Shown: positions 1 to 8,741, counted from the first letter of the stretch. The stretch: DNA of 64,000 nt from Gemmatimonadota bacterium (GCA_050257395.1 JBLMWU010000214.1:3606-67605), one strand, 5' to 3'. Notes: generated from the letters alone by a model not told the origin. Numbers and translations: made by a program.

Positions 1-209
1 TACCGCGCCGCGGTGCGCGGGTTCTCGTCCACGTTCATCTTCACCAGCTCGACCCGGCCGGCGTACTCGGCCGCGATCGCGTCCAGCACCGGGCCCAGCT
101 GGCGGCAGGGCCCGCACCATTCGGCCCAGAACTCCACGATCACCGGGCCGGGCCGCTCCAGCACCCCGGCCTGGAAGGACTCGTCGGTCACGGTCCTGGC
201 TGTGCTCAT
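1..209 (-). CDS. trxA: Thioredoxin; 5' part of the gene, the remainder lies beyond the window start
   Basis: Reverse-strand translation from the ATG at 209 reads [64 protein letters not shown]. It carries the WCGPC active-site motif. Its ATG overlaps the upstream MerR stop (ATGA). Confidence 0.8.
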   Translation of the reverse strand, partial: MSTARTVTDESFQAGVLERPGPVIVEFWAEWCGPCRQLGPVLDAIAAEYAGRVELVKMNVDENPRTAAR

Positions 210-649
210 GACGCTGCTCCTTGCTCCGTGATGCGGAAGATCGCGGGCCTGGCGGCCGTGGCAGCCTCACCCAGCTGCAGGGCGGCGCAGGCGTTGCTGT
301 CACCGTGCTCGCAGATCTGGACCAGCCTGCGCAGCCGGTCCTGCAGCCGGGCCAGCCCGGCGATCTGCTCGCCGATTGCGGCCAGCTTGGCTTCCGCGGC
401 CCGGACGATGTCACCGGCCGGGCCGCCCTCCGCGGCCCCGAGCAGGTCACGGATCTCGGCGACGGTGAACCCGAGCGACCGGGCCCGGCGGATGAACGCC
501 AGCCGCTGCGCGTCCCCGTCGGTGTACTCGCGGAACCCGGAGCCTGCGCGCTCGGGCAGCGGCAGCAGGCCCTGGCGCTGGTAGTACCGGACCGTCTCGA
601 CGCCGACGCCCTCCCCGGCGGCGAGCTTCCCGATCGTCAACCCTGCCAT
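206..649 (-). CDS. MerR-family transcriptional regulator, CueR-like (C-x7-C near the C-terminus)
   Basis: N-terminal [32 protein letters not shown] is typical of MerR. The C-terminal CEHGDSNAC has the C-x7-C spacing seen in metal-binding CueR-type regulators. I placed the start at the internal ATG (complement 647-649), which is preceded by the promoter palindrome. It is translationally coupled to trxA. Confidence 0.7.
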   Translation of the reverse strand: MAGLTIGKLAAGEGVGVETVRYYQRQGLLPLPERAGSGFREYTDGDAQRLAFIRRARSLGFTVAEIRDLLGAAEGGPAGDIVRAAEAKLAAIGEQIAGLARLQDRLRRLVQICEHGDSNACAALQLGEAATAARPAIFRITEQGAAS

Positions 650-666
650 GACCCGCAAGCTAGCAG

Positions 667-682
667 CCGTACCGCGGTACGG
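667..682. promoter_or_regulatory. Perfect 16-bp palindrome CCGTACCGCGGTACGG flanked by TTGACT and CTAGCT in a MerR-type 19-bp-spacer arrangement (read on the minus strand)
   Basis: Seen directly. Reverse strand reads TTGACTccgtaccgcggtacggctgCTAGCTtgcgggtcATG. The 19-bp spacing between -35 and -10 elements is the hallmark of MerR-controlled promoters. Confidence 0.5.
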
Positions 683-840
683 AGTCAAGTCCGGGCGCTG
701 GCCGGATGACCCGGCCCGCCGCCGCCGCAGGGGATGTCAGGTTGGCGCGGCCGCGGCGGCGGGCCGGCCGGGAGCCGTCCCGGTAGTGACAGCCCTCCCG
801 GCGCGGCGCTAACGTGTGGCCCCGGTGAACTCACCGGGGG

Positions 841-1305
841 GTGGGCATGGACCTCTTCGAGTGCGAGGCCACGTTCGAGGCTGACCCGGCCGCTGTCTGG
901 GCGGTATGGACCGATGTGGCCCGCTGGCCCGAGTGGGATGTCAGCAAGGAGGTCGCCCGGCTGGACGGGCCGTTCGCGCCTGGGGTCTCCGGCTGGGCCA
1001 AGCAGCGCGCCAATCTGGGCGGCTCGTTCACCATCACCCTGGTGGACCCGGGCCGGCGGTGGGTGAGCGAGTGCCCCCTGCCGTTAGGCAAGGTCGTCTT
1101 CGACCACCTGCTGGAGCCGCTCACCGGCGGGCGGGTCCGGGTCGTCAAGAAGGTCGGGGTGCACGGCGGCTTCGCGCCACTGCTGCGCCTGTTCGCGCCC
1201 AGAATGCGCAGCGACATCGCCGGGTCCCTGGCCGCCCTGGGCTGCCAGGCCGCTGGCCGGCCGCAGCCCGGCCAGCCGCCCGCGGGCTCACGCCGCCGCG
1301 CCTGA
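841..1305 (+). CDS. SRPBCC (START/Bet v1-like, polyketide cyclase/dehydrase-type) domain protein
   Basis: About 150 aa. AVWAVWTDVARWPEWD-type N-terminus is typical of the SRPBCC ligand-binding fold. It is divergent from the MerR gene. Confidence 0.55.
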   Translation: MGMDLFECEATFEADPAAVWAVWTDVARWPEWDVSKEVARLDGPFAPGVSGWAKQRANLGGSFTITLVDPGRRWVSECPLPLGKVVFDHLLEPLTGGRVRVVKKVGVHGGFAPLLRLFAPRMRSDIAGSLAALGCQAAGRPQPGQPPAGSRRRA

Positions 1306-1340
1306 CCGCGGGCGGGCCCCTGGCGCCGCCGCGCTCGCCG

Positions 1341-2519
1341 TCATGCTCGCCTGATCGCCGGCAGAGGTGCAGCCCCGAGCAGTCCCGGCAGGCGGCCCAC
1401 TGGGAAGCCGGGGCTGCGGTGGCCGTCCCGGCCGGTCATGGTGCGCGCCGCCACCAGCGCGTTGAGGACGCTCTCCTCCACGCACTGCACCACCGCCTCG
1501 TACAGGGCGTCCATCAGCCCCCACGGGACGAACTCCAGGCTCGGCAGCGGATCCGGCACCGCGCCGGCCGCGTCGATGGCGCTGTCCAGCGCCCCCGCGT
1601 TGCTGGCGGAGAACGCCAGGAACAGGTCACCGGAGAAGTGGCTGCCGGTGGTGCCGGTGCGGGCCAGGCCGAGCGGCACCCGGCGGGCCAGCGCCTTGCA
1701 CTGCCCCGGCAGCAGCGGCGCGTCCGTGGCGACGATGGTGATGCAGGACCCGGCCCCGGGCGGGGCGAGCCAGGCCGTGTCCTCCATCGGGTTGTCCGCG
1801 GCGAGCACCTCGCCCAGCCGCCGGCCCGCGATCACCAGCTCGCGGCGGCTGCCGAAGTTCGCCTGCATCAGCGTGCCCACCGTGTACGTCCGGCTGCCGA
1901 GCGGCACCAGCCGTGACGCAGTCCCCGTTCCCCCTTTGAATCCATAGCAGTTCATGCCGGTACCGCCGCCGACCGAGCCTTCGGCCAGCGGTCCGGTGCC
2001 GGCCCTGTCCAGGGCGGCCATGGCGGTCGCGGGGGTGACGTGCGGCCCGTTGATGTCGTTGAGGTAGCCGTCCCAGGTCTCCGCGACCACCGGCAGATGC
2101 CACCGGGCGGCGAGCCGGGGGTGCTGGCGGATCGACCACTCGATGATCCCGCGGTGCACCGGCCCCACCGCGTGGGTGTTGGTGAGGCCGACCGGCAGGG
2201 ACAGCGCGCCGGTCTCCTCCAGCCAGGCGGTGCCGGTCATCTCGCCGTTGCCGTTGAGCGAGTGCCAGCCGGCCGGGCAGGACCGGCCCACGCCGGCCCT
2301 GCCGAGCGGGAGCACCGCGGTCACCCCGGTCCGCACCGGGCCCCGGCCCGGCACCAGCGGCCCGTCCCCGGCGACGAGGGTGGCGTAGCCGACCTCCACC
2401 CCCGGCACGTCGGTGACCGCGTTCCACCGCCCCGGCTCGCCCTGGCAGGGGACGCCCAGGTCGCGGGCACGGGGCGGGGTGGCGGCGGGGGAACCCGCCG
2501 CCTCAGTGGGCTGACTCAT
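1341..2519 (-). CDS. DmpA/ArgJ-like L-aminopeptidase D-Ala-esterase/amidase (peptidase S58 family)
   Basis: 392 aa. RARDLGVPCQGEPGRWNAVTDVPGVEVG N-terminus and the GGTGMNCYGFKGGTGTASR segment (self-processing Ser/Thr nucleophile region) are characteristic of DmpA-family proteins. Confidence 0.75.
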   Translation of the reverse strand: MSQPTEAAGSPAATPPRARDLGVPCQGEPGRWNAVTDVPGVEVGYATLVAGDGPLVPGRGPVRTGVTAVLPLGRAGVGRSCPAGWHSLNGNGEMTGTAWLEETGALSLPVGLTNTHAVGPVHRGIIEWSIRQHPRLAARWHLPVVAETWDGYLNDINGPHVTPATAMAALDRAGTGPLAEGSVGGGTGMNCYGFKGGTGTASRLVPLGSRTYTVGTLMQANFGSRRELVIAGRRLGEVLAADNPMEDTAWLAPPGAGSCITIVATDAPLLPGQCKALARRVPLGLARTGTTGSHFSGDLFLAFSASNAGALDSAIDAAGAVPDPLPSLEFVPWGLMDALYEAVVQCVEESVLNALVAARTMTGRDGHRSPGFPVGRLPGLLGAAPLPAIRRA

Positions 2520-4023
2520 GGCTCCCCGGTGCGTCGATCTCCAGTATCGGACCCATCAGTATGCCGCCCGGCTCGGCTGTGGCTTGCTCGGCGGGCGCGT
2601 GCTCGTCATGCGGGGCCGCGGGCATGGTCCACCGGGTGCCGCGCTGGCGGTGCAGGTAGGCGTAGTAGTAGGCGTACCCGGCGGCGAGCGCGCCGGCCGC
2701 GATGATCACCTGCCACGGGTTGGCGAGCCACAGCTCGTAGGTGACGTAGCCGAGGGCCGCGATCACGGCCACCGGCGCCAGCGGCCACCAGGGCATCCGG
2801 TAGCGGGCGTGGGCGGTCGTCCCGTTGCGGCGGCCGGCGATGGCCGACAGCGCCACGATCAGGTAGAGCGCGACCAGGGTCGCGCCGGTGGCCGTGATCA
2901 GCGCGTTCAGCGGGACGAGCGCGCCCACCACCGCCGCGGCCGCGCCGACCAGCAGGGTCGCGGTGACCGGTGTCTGCAGCCTCGGGTGCACGTAGGCCAG
3001 GGCCCTGCTGACCGCGTCCGGGTAGGCCCGGTCCCGCGCCGACCCGAACACGGTGCGCCCGGCCTGCAGGGTGATGGCGACCACCGCGTTGATGATCGCC
3101 AGCGCGATGCCCAGGCTCACGATCGTGTTCACGGCCGTGCCCGCGCGGGCGGTCACGAAGTACTGCATGGGCGCGGGGCTGCCGATCAGCCTGGCCAGGT
3201 CAGGGGCGCCCAGGATGACCGCGGTGGTGGGGATCAGCTCCGCCGCGACGGTGATCGCCAGCGACCACATGATGGCGCGGGCGATGCCGCGGGAGGCGTT
3301 GCGGGTCTCCTCCGCGAAGTACACGGCGGCGCCGTAGCCGTTGTAGGCGAAGATCGCGGTGGCGGTCTGCGCGGCGACCAGCCCGAGGCCGGCCGAGACC
3401 AGGGTGCCGCTGCCGCCCACGGCCTGCGCGTGGAACAGGGTTGTCACCGGCCTGGACACGTGGAAGACGCCCAGCAGGGTGAGCACCACCAGGGCCGCCA
3501 TCTCCAGCACCAGGAACGTCCCGGTCACCCAGGCGTTGGTGCGGATGTTCGCCACGGCGAGGATGGCGCACACCGCGATCACCGCGACCCCGGCCCACTT
3601 GGAGTCGGCGCCGGAGACCGCGGCGGCCAGGTACTGGCCGGTGCCCAGGGCGATGACGGCGATGATCAGGACCAGGCTCAGCGCGTTCATCAGGAACAGC
3701 GCGAAGCCGGTGCTCTTGCCGAGAACCCGGGCGGCGAAGGAGTACTCGCCGCCGGCGATCGGGAACGCCGACGACAGCTCGGCGTAGCAGAAGGCCATGA
3801 AGATCCCGACCACCGCGGCCGCGGTGAAGGCCAGGAACGACGCTCCGCCGATGGCCGCCAGCACGGCCGGGATGATGATGAACACGCTGGAAGCGGGCGT
3901 CACCGATGACAGCGTGATGAGGACGTTGCCGCGCAGCGACAGCGAGCGGGACAGCTCCTGCGGGTACTGTTCGGCGGCCGGGCCGGCCGGGGCCGGCGCG
4001 GGCAGCGGGTGGTCAGCGCTCAT
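2503..4023 (-). CDS. APC-superfamily amino acid permease
   Basis: 506 aa, about 12 predicted hydrophobic helices. The GNVLITLSSVTPASSVF...AFCYAELSSAFPIAGGEYSFA signature matches amino acid/polyamine/organocation permeases. It overlaps the DmpA gene by 17 nt, so the two form an operon. Confidence 0.85.
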   Translation of the reverse strand: MSADHPLPAPAPAGPAAEQYPQELSRSLSLRGNVLITLSSVTPASSVFIIIPAVLAAIGGASFLAFTAAAVVGIFMAFCYAELSSAFPIAGGEYSFAARVLGKSTGFALFLMNALSLVLIIAVIALGTGQYLAAAVSGADSKWAGVAVIAVCAILAVANIRTNAWVTGTFLVLEMAALVVLTLLGVFHVSRPVTTLFHAQAVGGSGTLVSAGLGLVAAQTATAIFAYNGYGAAVYFAEETRNASRGIARAIMWSLAITVAAELIPTTAVILGAPDLARLIGSPAPMQYFVTARAGTAVNTIVSLGIALAIINAVVAITLQAGRTVFGSARDRAYPDAVSRALAYVHPRLQTPVTATLLVGAAAAVVGALVPLNALITATGATLVALYLIVALSAIAGRRNGTTAHARYRMPWWPLAPVAVIAALGYVTYELWLANPWQVIIAAGALAAGYAYYYAYLHRQRGTRWTMPAAPHDEHAPAEQATAEPGGILMGPILEIDAPGSHESAH

Positions 4024-4043
4024 GGCTTCCTCGTCCTGCCGAA

Positions 4044-4070
4044 GTTATTTGTCGATACATTCGACGAATA
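4044..4070. promoter_or_regulatory. Near-perfect inverted repeat TTATTTGTCGA-tacat-TCGACGAATAA in the TetR/permease divergent intergenic region (candidate TetR operator)
   Basis: Seen directly. 10/11 matching arms in an AT-rich patch between divergent genes. Confidence 0.45.
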
Positions 4071-4164
4071 ACGTCTCGCCTGTCAAGGGCGGCAGCGGTA
4101 CCTTTTTCCCGTCGGGCGCAGCGGATGGCGCTGCGCCCCGCCCCCGGCCCGGAGGTCCGTCCCC

Positions 4165-4779
4165 ATGCCCAGGCAGCGTGACCAGGCTGCTCGCCGCAAG
4201 CACCTGCTGGAAGCCGCCGTGCAGGTCATCAACGACCGCGGCCCGTCCCGGATGCAGATGAAGGACGTCGCGGACGTGGCCGGGATGGCGACCGGGTCGG
4301 TGTACTACTACTACGACAACATCGACGAGATCCTGCGGCACGTGCACGCCATGGCGTTCGACCGCTACTACACCGCCCGGGTGGAGGCGGTCGCCGGTCT
4401 CACCGATCCGCGCGACAAGATCCGCACCATGGTGGACATGGGCCTGCCCCGGCCCGAGGACCGGGCCCTGTCCCTGGCCCTCTACCAGGTCATGGTGGCC
4501 AAGGCCCGCGACCCCCAGCACGCCGAGATCATCACCGGCCTGTGCGGCGAGCAGCGGCGCCTCTACCAGGACCTGCTGGACGAGGGCACCGCGGCCGGCC
4601 ACTTCCGGCCCATCATCTCCACCAGGAGCATCGCGGAGAACCTGATCTCCCTGGAGGACGGCTACGGCCTGGGCCTCGCCACCGGCAACCACGACTATGA
4701 CTACAGCCAGGCGCGGCACCTGGTCCTGGAGGCCGCAGCGCAGTGGACGCGGTGCCCGGAACTGCTGGCTGAACGCTGA
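4165..4779 (+). CDS. TetR/AcrR-family transcriptional regulator
   Basis: N-terminal HTH RKHLLEAAVQVINDRGPSRMQMKDVADVAGMATGSVYYYY is a typical TetR_N domain. It is divergent from the permease-DmpA operon. Confidence 0.85.
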   Translation: MPRQRDQAARRKHLLEAAVQVINDRGPSRMQMKDVADVAGMATGSVYYYYDNIDEILRHVHAMAFDRYYTARVEAVAGLTDPRDKIRTMVDMGLPRPEDRALSLALYQVMVAKARDPQHAEIITGLCGEQRRLYQDLLDEGTAAGHFRPIISTRSIAENLISLEDGYGLGLATGNHDYDYSQARHLVLEAAAQWTRCPELLAER

Positions 4780-4831
4780 CCGGTAATCCGGGCGCAGGAC
4801 CTGTCCTTTAGGGCGGGGGCAGCCCCGACGG

Positions 4832-5283
4832 TCAGGCCGGATGCTGCTGCTGCTCGATGTACTGGCGGATGATGCTCAGCGGGGTACCGGTGCATGAGGC
4901 GGCGAAGTAGGACGTGGACCAGAAGTGCCCGTGCATGCTTGCGCGGTTCACCTGGCTGGTGAATTCAGTTCGCAGCTTGCGGGCCGACGCGCCCTTGAGG
5001 GAGTTCATCAGCGCGGACACGGCGAACTTCGGCGGGTACTCGGTCAGGCGCATGTGGGCTCCCCGTTGACCTCCTGCAGTTCCCGCGCCGGAGTCTGCGC
5101 AGGCCTTCCGCATCGCGGCCTCGCAGCAGGAAGCATGGCGTCATCAAGTACGCCGCGCCGGTATTTCGTCACGATGACCAAGTGAACATCCAAGGCAGGA
5201 AACACGTGTCTGCCATGCGTGCAGTAACCGCCGGATGTCGTAGGCCAATGACATGCTGGCTTGGTGCGGCAGGTGAGGTACAC
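4832..5283 (-). pseudogene. tnpA: IS200/IS605 TnpA (Y1 HUH transposase), disrupted by a frameshift
   Basis: The N-terminal motif VHLVIVTKYRRGVLDD is in one frame (ORF 5044..5283). The C-terminal part PPKFAVSALMNSLKGASARKL...HFWSTSYFAASCTGTPLSIIRQYIEQQ is in another (ORF 4832..5113). The HUH position reads AHMRL (H-M-R), suggesting degeneration. Confidence 0.55.
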
Positions 5284-6421
5284 CTACAGGCTCCGCGTGT
5301 CGGCCACCGCCGAACGCGCACTGCGTGCCGAGTGGGATAGGTGCCGGTGGGTGTGGAACCAGTGTGTTGCCGAGTCACGCCAGGCATGGAGGGAACAGCG
5401 CGCGTGCGGCCCGGCTGGCCTGGACAAGATGCTCACGGGCTGGCGCGCGGAGCACGGCTGGCTGCGCGAGGGGTCGTCTGTCGCGCAGAAGCAGGCGATC
5501 CGCGACTTCGGCAAGAGCCGGGCAAAGGCGCTCAAGGACCGCAAGAACAAGATCCCGGTACCCCAGCGCGCGGGTCTGCCGCAGTTCCGCAAGCGCGACC
5601 GGTCCGCGCCGACGATGAACTACACGAAGCAGGGGTTCTCGCTCCGCCACGGCCGCCTGATTGTCGCTGGCGGGATCTCGCTGCGCGTCGTCTGGTCCCG
5701 CGCGCTGCCGTCGGTGCCGAGTTCGGTTCGCGTCTGCCAGGACTCGCTAGGGCACTGGTATGCATCGTTCGTCGTCCAGGCCGGGCCCGAGCCCCTGCCG
5801 GAAACCGGCAAGGCGATCGGCATCGACTGGGGCGTGACGGACATCGCGATCACCACCAGCGGCGAGCACGACCTCCCGCACCCTGAGTTCGCGAAAAAGT
5901 CCGCCGCGAAGCTGGCGAAATACCAGCGTCAGATGGCCCGCCGCAAGCCGCACAAAGGCAAGCCCGCGTCGGCTGGATACAAGCGCGCCAGGCGTCAGGC
6001 TGCGAAGGTGCACGCCAAGGCCGCCGCCCAGCGGCAGGACACCTCTCGCAAGTGGGCGAAGAAGGTCGTCCGGGACTTCGATCAGGTCGCCGCCGAGGAC
6101 TTCCGCCCGAAGTTCCTGGCGAAGTCCGCGATGGCCCGCAAGGCAGCCGACGCGGCCATCGGGTCGGCCAAGTCAGGCCTGCTGGAGATGGCAGCCAAAC
6201 ACGGCCGGATCGTCCATCTCGTGCACCCAGCCCACACAACCACCGATTGCAGCGCCTGCGGCGCGAGAGCCAAGCAACGCCTGCCGCTGTCGCAGAGAAC
6301 ATACACATGCAGCTCATGCGGCACCGTCCTGCCCAGGGACAAGAACAGCGCCGCCGTGATGCTCACCAGGGCTGGTCTCACCCCTGCTGGTGCTGATCGG
6401 ATAAGACCCCATGCGGCGTAG
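5261..6421 (+). CDS. tnpB: TnpB (IS605 OrfB-family RNA-guided endonuclease), apparently intact
   Basis: 386 aa. RuvC-I IGIDWGV, RuvC-II VAAEDF, zinc finger CSACG...CSSCG and RuvC-III LPRDKNSAAVM are all present. Confidence 0.85.
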   Translation: MVRQVRYTYRLRVSATAERALRAEWDRCRWVWNQCVAESRQAWREQRACGPAGLDKMLTGWRAEHGWLREGSSVAQKQAIRDFGKSRAKALKDRKNKIPVPQRAGLPQFRKRDRSAPTMNYTKQGFSLRHGRLIVAGGISLRVVWSRALPSVPSSVRVCQDSLGHWYASFVVQAGPEPLPETGKAIGIDWGVTDIAITTSGEHDLPHPEFAKKSAAKLAKYQRQMARRKPHKGKPASAGYKRARRQAAKVHAKAAAQRQDTSRKWAKKVVRDFDQVAAEDFRPKFLAKSAMARKAADAAIGSAKSGLLEMAAKHGRIVHLVHPAHTTTDCSACGARAKQRLPLSQRTYTCSSCGTVLPRDKNSAAVMLTRAGLTPAGADRIRPHAA

Positions 6422-6490
6422 CCGCAAGGGGCGCCGTGAGCCAGAAATCCCCGTCATTCACCGCGGGGAGGACGTCAAAGCGAACCCGGT
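6290..6490 (+). ncRNA. Putative omega/right-end RNA region of the TnpB element (3' end of tnpB plus the right-end hairpin)
   Basis: Inference from established TnpB biology: omegaRNA derives from the 3' end of tnpB and the right end. A right-end hairpin is seen at about 6458-6479. No covariance model was run. Confidence 0.25.
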
Positions 6491-6526
6491 TACCACCGGC
6501 GCGGGCTGATCGGGCAGGCTGGGGGC

Positions 6527-7357
6527 ATGCCAGAGCCCCTGACCCTGATGGCCGTGCACGCGCACCCCGACGACGAATCCTCCAGCACCGGCGGGGTGCT
6601 GGCCACCTACGCCGCCCAGGGCATCCGCACCGTGGTCGTGACCTGCACCAACGGTGAGTTCGGGGACGCGCCGGGCGGCGTCAAGCCGGGCCAGGACGGC
6701 CACGAGGCCGAGGCGGTGGCGCAGCTGCGGCTGGCCGAGCTGCGCACCGCCACCGGCATCCTCGGCGTCACCGACGTGGAGGTGCTGGGATACCACGACT
6801 CCGGGATGCCCGACTGGGACTACAAGGACCGGCCCGAGGCGTTCTGCAACATCCCGATGACCGAGGTGACCGGCCGGATCAGCGCACTGATGGAGAAGTA
6901 CCGGCCGCAGGTCGTGGTCAGCTACGACACCAAGGGCCCATACCAGCACCCCGACCACGTGCGGGCAGGCGAGGCCGCCGCGATCGCGGCGGCCGATTCC
7001 GGCATCCCGGCCAAGTTCTACCTGACCGCCATGCGCGGCAGCGACTGGCAGAAGGTCTGGGAGGCGCTGCGGGAGCTCGGCGCGGACGTACCGGGCCCGC
7101 GGGACATCACGGACGAGATGCGCCAGCAGATGGCCGAGCTGGAGGCCCGGATCACCACCACCGTGGACATCCGGCCGGTGCTGGCCCGCAAGCGCGAGGC
7201 CCTGCTGGCGCATGCCAGCCAGATCGCCGAGTCCTGGTTCACCAAGATCCCGCCGGAGATCGCCGAGTCCGCGTTCGGCCGGGAGAGCTTCATCCGGGCC
7301 AGCGACAGCACCGGCGCCCCGGTGCCCGAGGATGACCTGTTCGCTGGCCTGCGCTGA
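6527..7357 (+). CDS. PIG-L/LmbE-family deacetylase (mycothiol S-conjugate amidase Mca / MshB-like)
   Basis: 276 aa. The AVHAHPDDESSSTGG zinc-binding motif and the HPDH motif are present. Size and motifs match Mca/MshB. Confidence 0.75.
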   Translation: MPEPLTLMAVHAHPDDESSSTGGVLATYAAQGIRTVVVTCTNGEFGDAPGGVKPGQDGHEAEAVAQLRLAELRTATGILGVTDVEVLGYHDSGMPDWDYKDRPEAFCNIPMTEVTGRISALMEKYRPQVVVSYDTKGPYQHPDHVRAGEAAAIAAADSGIPAKFYLTAMRGSDWQKVWEALRELGADVPGPRDITDEMRQQMAELEARITTTVDIRPVLARKREALLAHASQIAESWFTKIPPEIAESAFGRESFIRASDSTGAPVPEDDLFAGLR

Positions 7358-7378
7358 GCAGCGGCGCGGGCACAGCCC

Positions 7379-7651
7379 GTGGCGTGGCATGGTGGAGAGG
7401 TGAAGTTCTACGCCCTCGGCGGCGGGTTCGTGGGCTTGCTCGTCCATCTGTTCATCTGGCGGATGATCTGGCGGCTGGCCCTGACGCTGTGGCGCATCCC
7501 CACCTTCGGCCCGATCATAGTCGGCCTCATCGGGGTCAGCGTGGTCACGCTGCTGGTCCTGCGGGCCGCCGGGGCCGGGCCCTGGCGCAACCGGCGCCGC
7601 CGGGGCGGCCTGTTCCGCTACGGCAGCGGGAACGGCCCGCGCGACTGGTGA
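7379..7651 (+). CDS. Small hypothetical membrane protein
   Basis: 90 aa with two hydrophobic segments (FVGLLVHLFIW, IIVGLIGVSVVTLLVL). No recognisable motif. Confidence 0.3.
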   Translation: MAWHGGEVKFYALGGGFVGLLVHLFIWRMIWRLALTLWRIPTFGPIIVGLIGVSVVTLLVLRAAGAGPWRNRRRRGGLFRYGSGNGPRDW

Positions 7652-7663
7652 CCCGGGCGCCGG

Positions 7664-7957
7664 TCAGGCCCGCGGCCGCCGGCGGGGCGGCGCGGGCGGC
7701 ACCGGCTTGCCGGCCAGCGCGCGGTCCCGCGGGATGGTCACCAGCTCGCCGGAGGCGCGGCGGACGCTGAACGAACCCTCGTCAGCGGCCTCCAGCATCC
7801 CCAGCACGTCGGCGACCTCGTCGCCGCCGTCCCGGCCCGGGCGGCGCCAGCGGATCACCACCCGGCTGCCCACGTCCGCGGCGGTCAGCCGCACCTCCAT
7901 CCGGTACCGCAGCGCGCCCGGCCTGCCCGGCTGCGGAACCCGGGCGGAGTCGTTCAC
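7664..7957 (-). CDS. Hypothetical protein (likely start at the internal MEVRL)
   Basis: ORF with protein-like composition; no known motif. Confidence 0.35.
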   Translation of the reverse strand: MNDSARVPQPGRPGALRYRMEVRLTAADVGSRVVIRWRRPGRDGGDEVADVLGMLEAADEGSFSVRRASGELVTIPRDRALAGKPVPPAPPRRRPRA

Positions 7958-8159
7958 AGCTCACCATCCTCGCATGGCAGTCGGCGACTGTTTACACTAA
8001 CCTTGTAGTACAAATCTGCGCACACCTGGGCGTCCCATGCGGGATCTGCCCGACGGCTGGCATGCCTGAAGGCCCTTGACTTGAGCGGCCCACCGCGCAT
8101 TGACAGTCGCCCCGCTATTTATTACAAATAAAGTAGTGCAAATATGACGCAAGGAGGCC
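7958..8159 (+). promoter_or_regulatory. AT-rich promoter island: TTGACA-17bp-TACAAAT plus repeated GTAGT(A/G)CAAAT motifs upstream of the hemerythrin-like gene; strong RBS AAGGAGG
   Basis: Seen directly: ttgacagtcgccccgctatttatTACAAATaaagtagtgcaaatatgacgcAAGGAGGccgtgATG. A second copy ttgtagtacaaat lies about 110 bp upstream. Confidence 0.5.
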
Positions 8160-8690
8160 GTGATGACCGTGCTGAGCCAGGCACCCGGGCACGGGGAACC
8201 AGCCCGGCTGACCGGCCTGCCCGAAGGGCCACCGTGGACGCTTGCCGATGAGCACGTGCTCCTGCTGCGGCAGATCACCTCGCGGGCACGGGACGTGCTG
8301 GCCGCGGCCACGGACGGCCAGTGGCCAGCCGCCGAGCTGGCGTCGCTGGCCGGCTATGCCCGGGCGGAGCTGCTGCGGCAGGCCGCTGAGGAAGAGGCAC
8401 TGCTGTTCCCGGCCAGCCCGCCGCCCATCACCGCCCGGCTCGCCCGGGACCACGTACGGCTGCGGGCTGTCACTGATCTGCTGACCCGGGCGGCTGCCGG
8501 GGAGCAGAGCCTGTCCCCCGGCCAGCTCGCGGTGGCCACCAGGGATTTCGTGGACCAGCTCGAATATCACCTGAGTGCCGAGGAGAAGCTGCTCGCAGCG
8601 GGTCAGGCTCCGCGCAGCGTGCCAGCCATCGCCTCGCTCGCAGCCGGGCAGCTGGCCACGTCAGGACCATCGGCCCGTGCCGGAGCATGA
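8160..8690 (+). CDS. Hemerythrin-like (HHE cation-binding) domain protein
   Basis: Recurrent His/Glu spacing (DEHVLLLRQI, AELLRQAAEEEALLFP, ARDHVRLRAV, DQLEYHLSAEEKLL) is consistent with the hemerythrin HHE fold. Confidence 0.5.
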   Translation: MMTVLSQAPGHGEPARLTGLPEGPPWTLADEHVLLLRQITSRARDVLAAATDGQWPAAELASLAGYARAELLRQAAEEEALLFPASPPPITARLARDHVRLRAVTDLLTRAAAGEQSLSPGQLAVATRDFVDQLEYHLSAEEKLLAAGQAPRSVPAIASLAAGQLATSGPSARAGA

Positions 8691-8741
8691 GTTTCCGGGG
8701 CAGCCTGGCATCGTCAGTGGTGCGCAGCGGGAGGGGTAATC

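Larger units (their letters stand above)
4790..6490 (+). mobile_element. IS200/IS605-family insertion sequence (divergent tnpA remnant plus tnpB); boundaries approximate
   Basis: A Y1/HUH transposase remnant and a TnpB (OrfB) gene sit back to back. GC-rich subterminal hairpins occur near both presumed ends: CGGGGgcagCCCCG around 4815-4828 and TCCCCGtcattcaccgCGGGGA around 6458-6479. The element lies between the TetR gene and the PIG-L gene. Confidence 0.55.

Noticed and set aside
906-1916. Long plus-strand ORF (336 aa) and many similar long ORFs (e.g. 1627-2427 -, 2518-3909 +, 13703-14938 +, 15020-16483 +, 18095-19093 -, 23206-25167 -, 26021-28021 -, 56444-58474 -)
   Set aside because: Their translations are Arg/Gly/Pro/His-rich low-complexity strings typical of off-frame or antisense reading of high-GC genes. 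Each overlaps a gene with clear domain motifs on the other frame or strand.
4832-5283. An intact tnpA gene
   Set aside because: The conserved N- and C-terminal TnpA motifs are in different reading frames and the HUH position is degenerate, so I call it a pseudogene (a sequencing error is not excluded).
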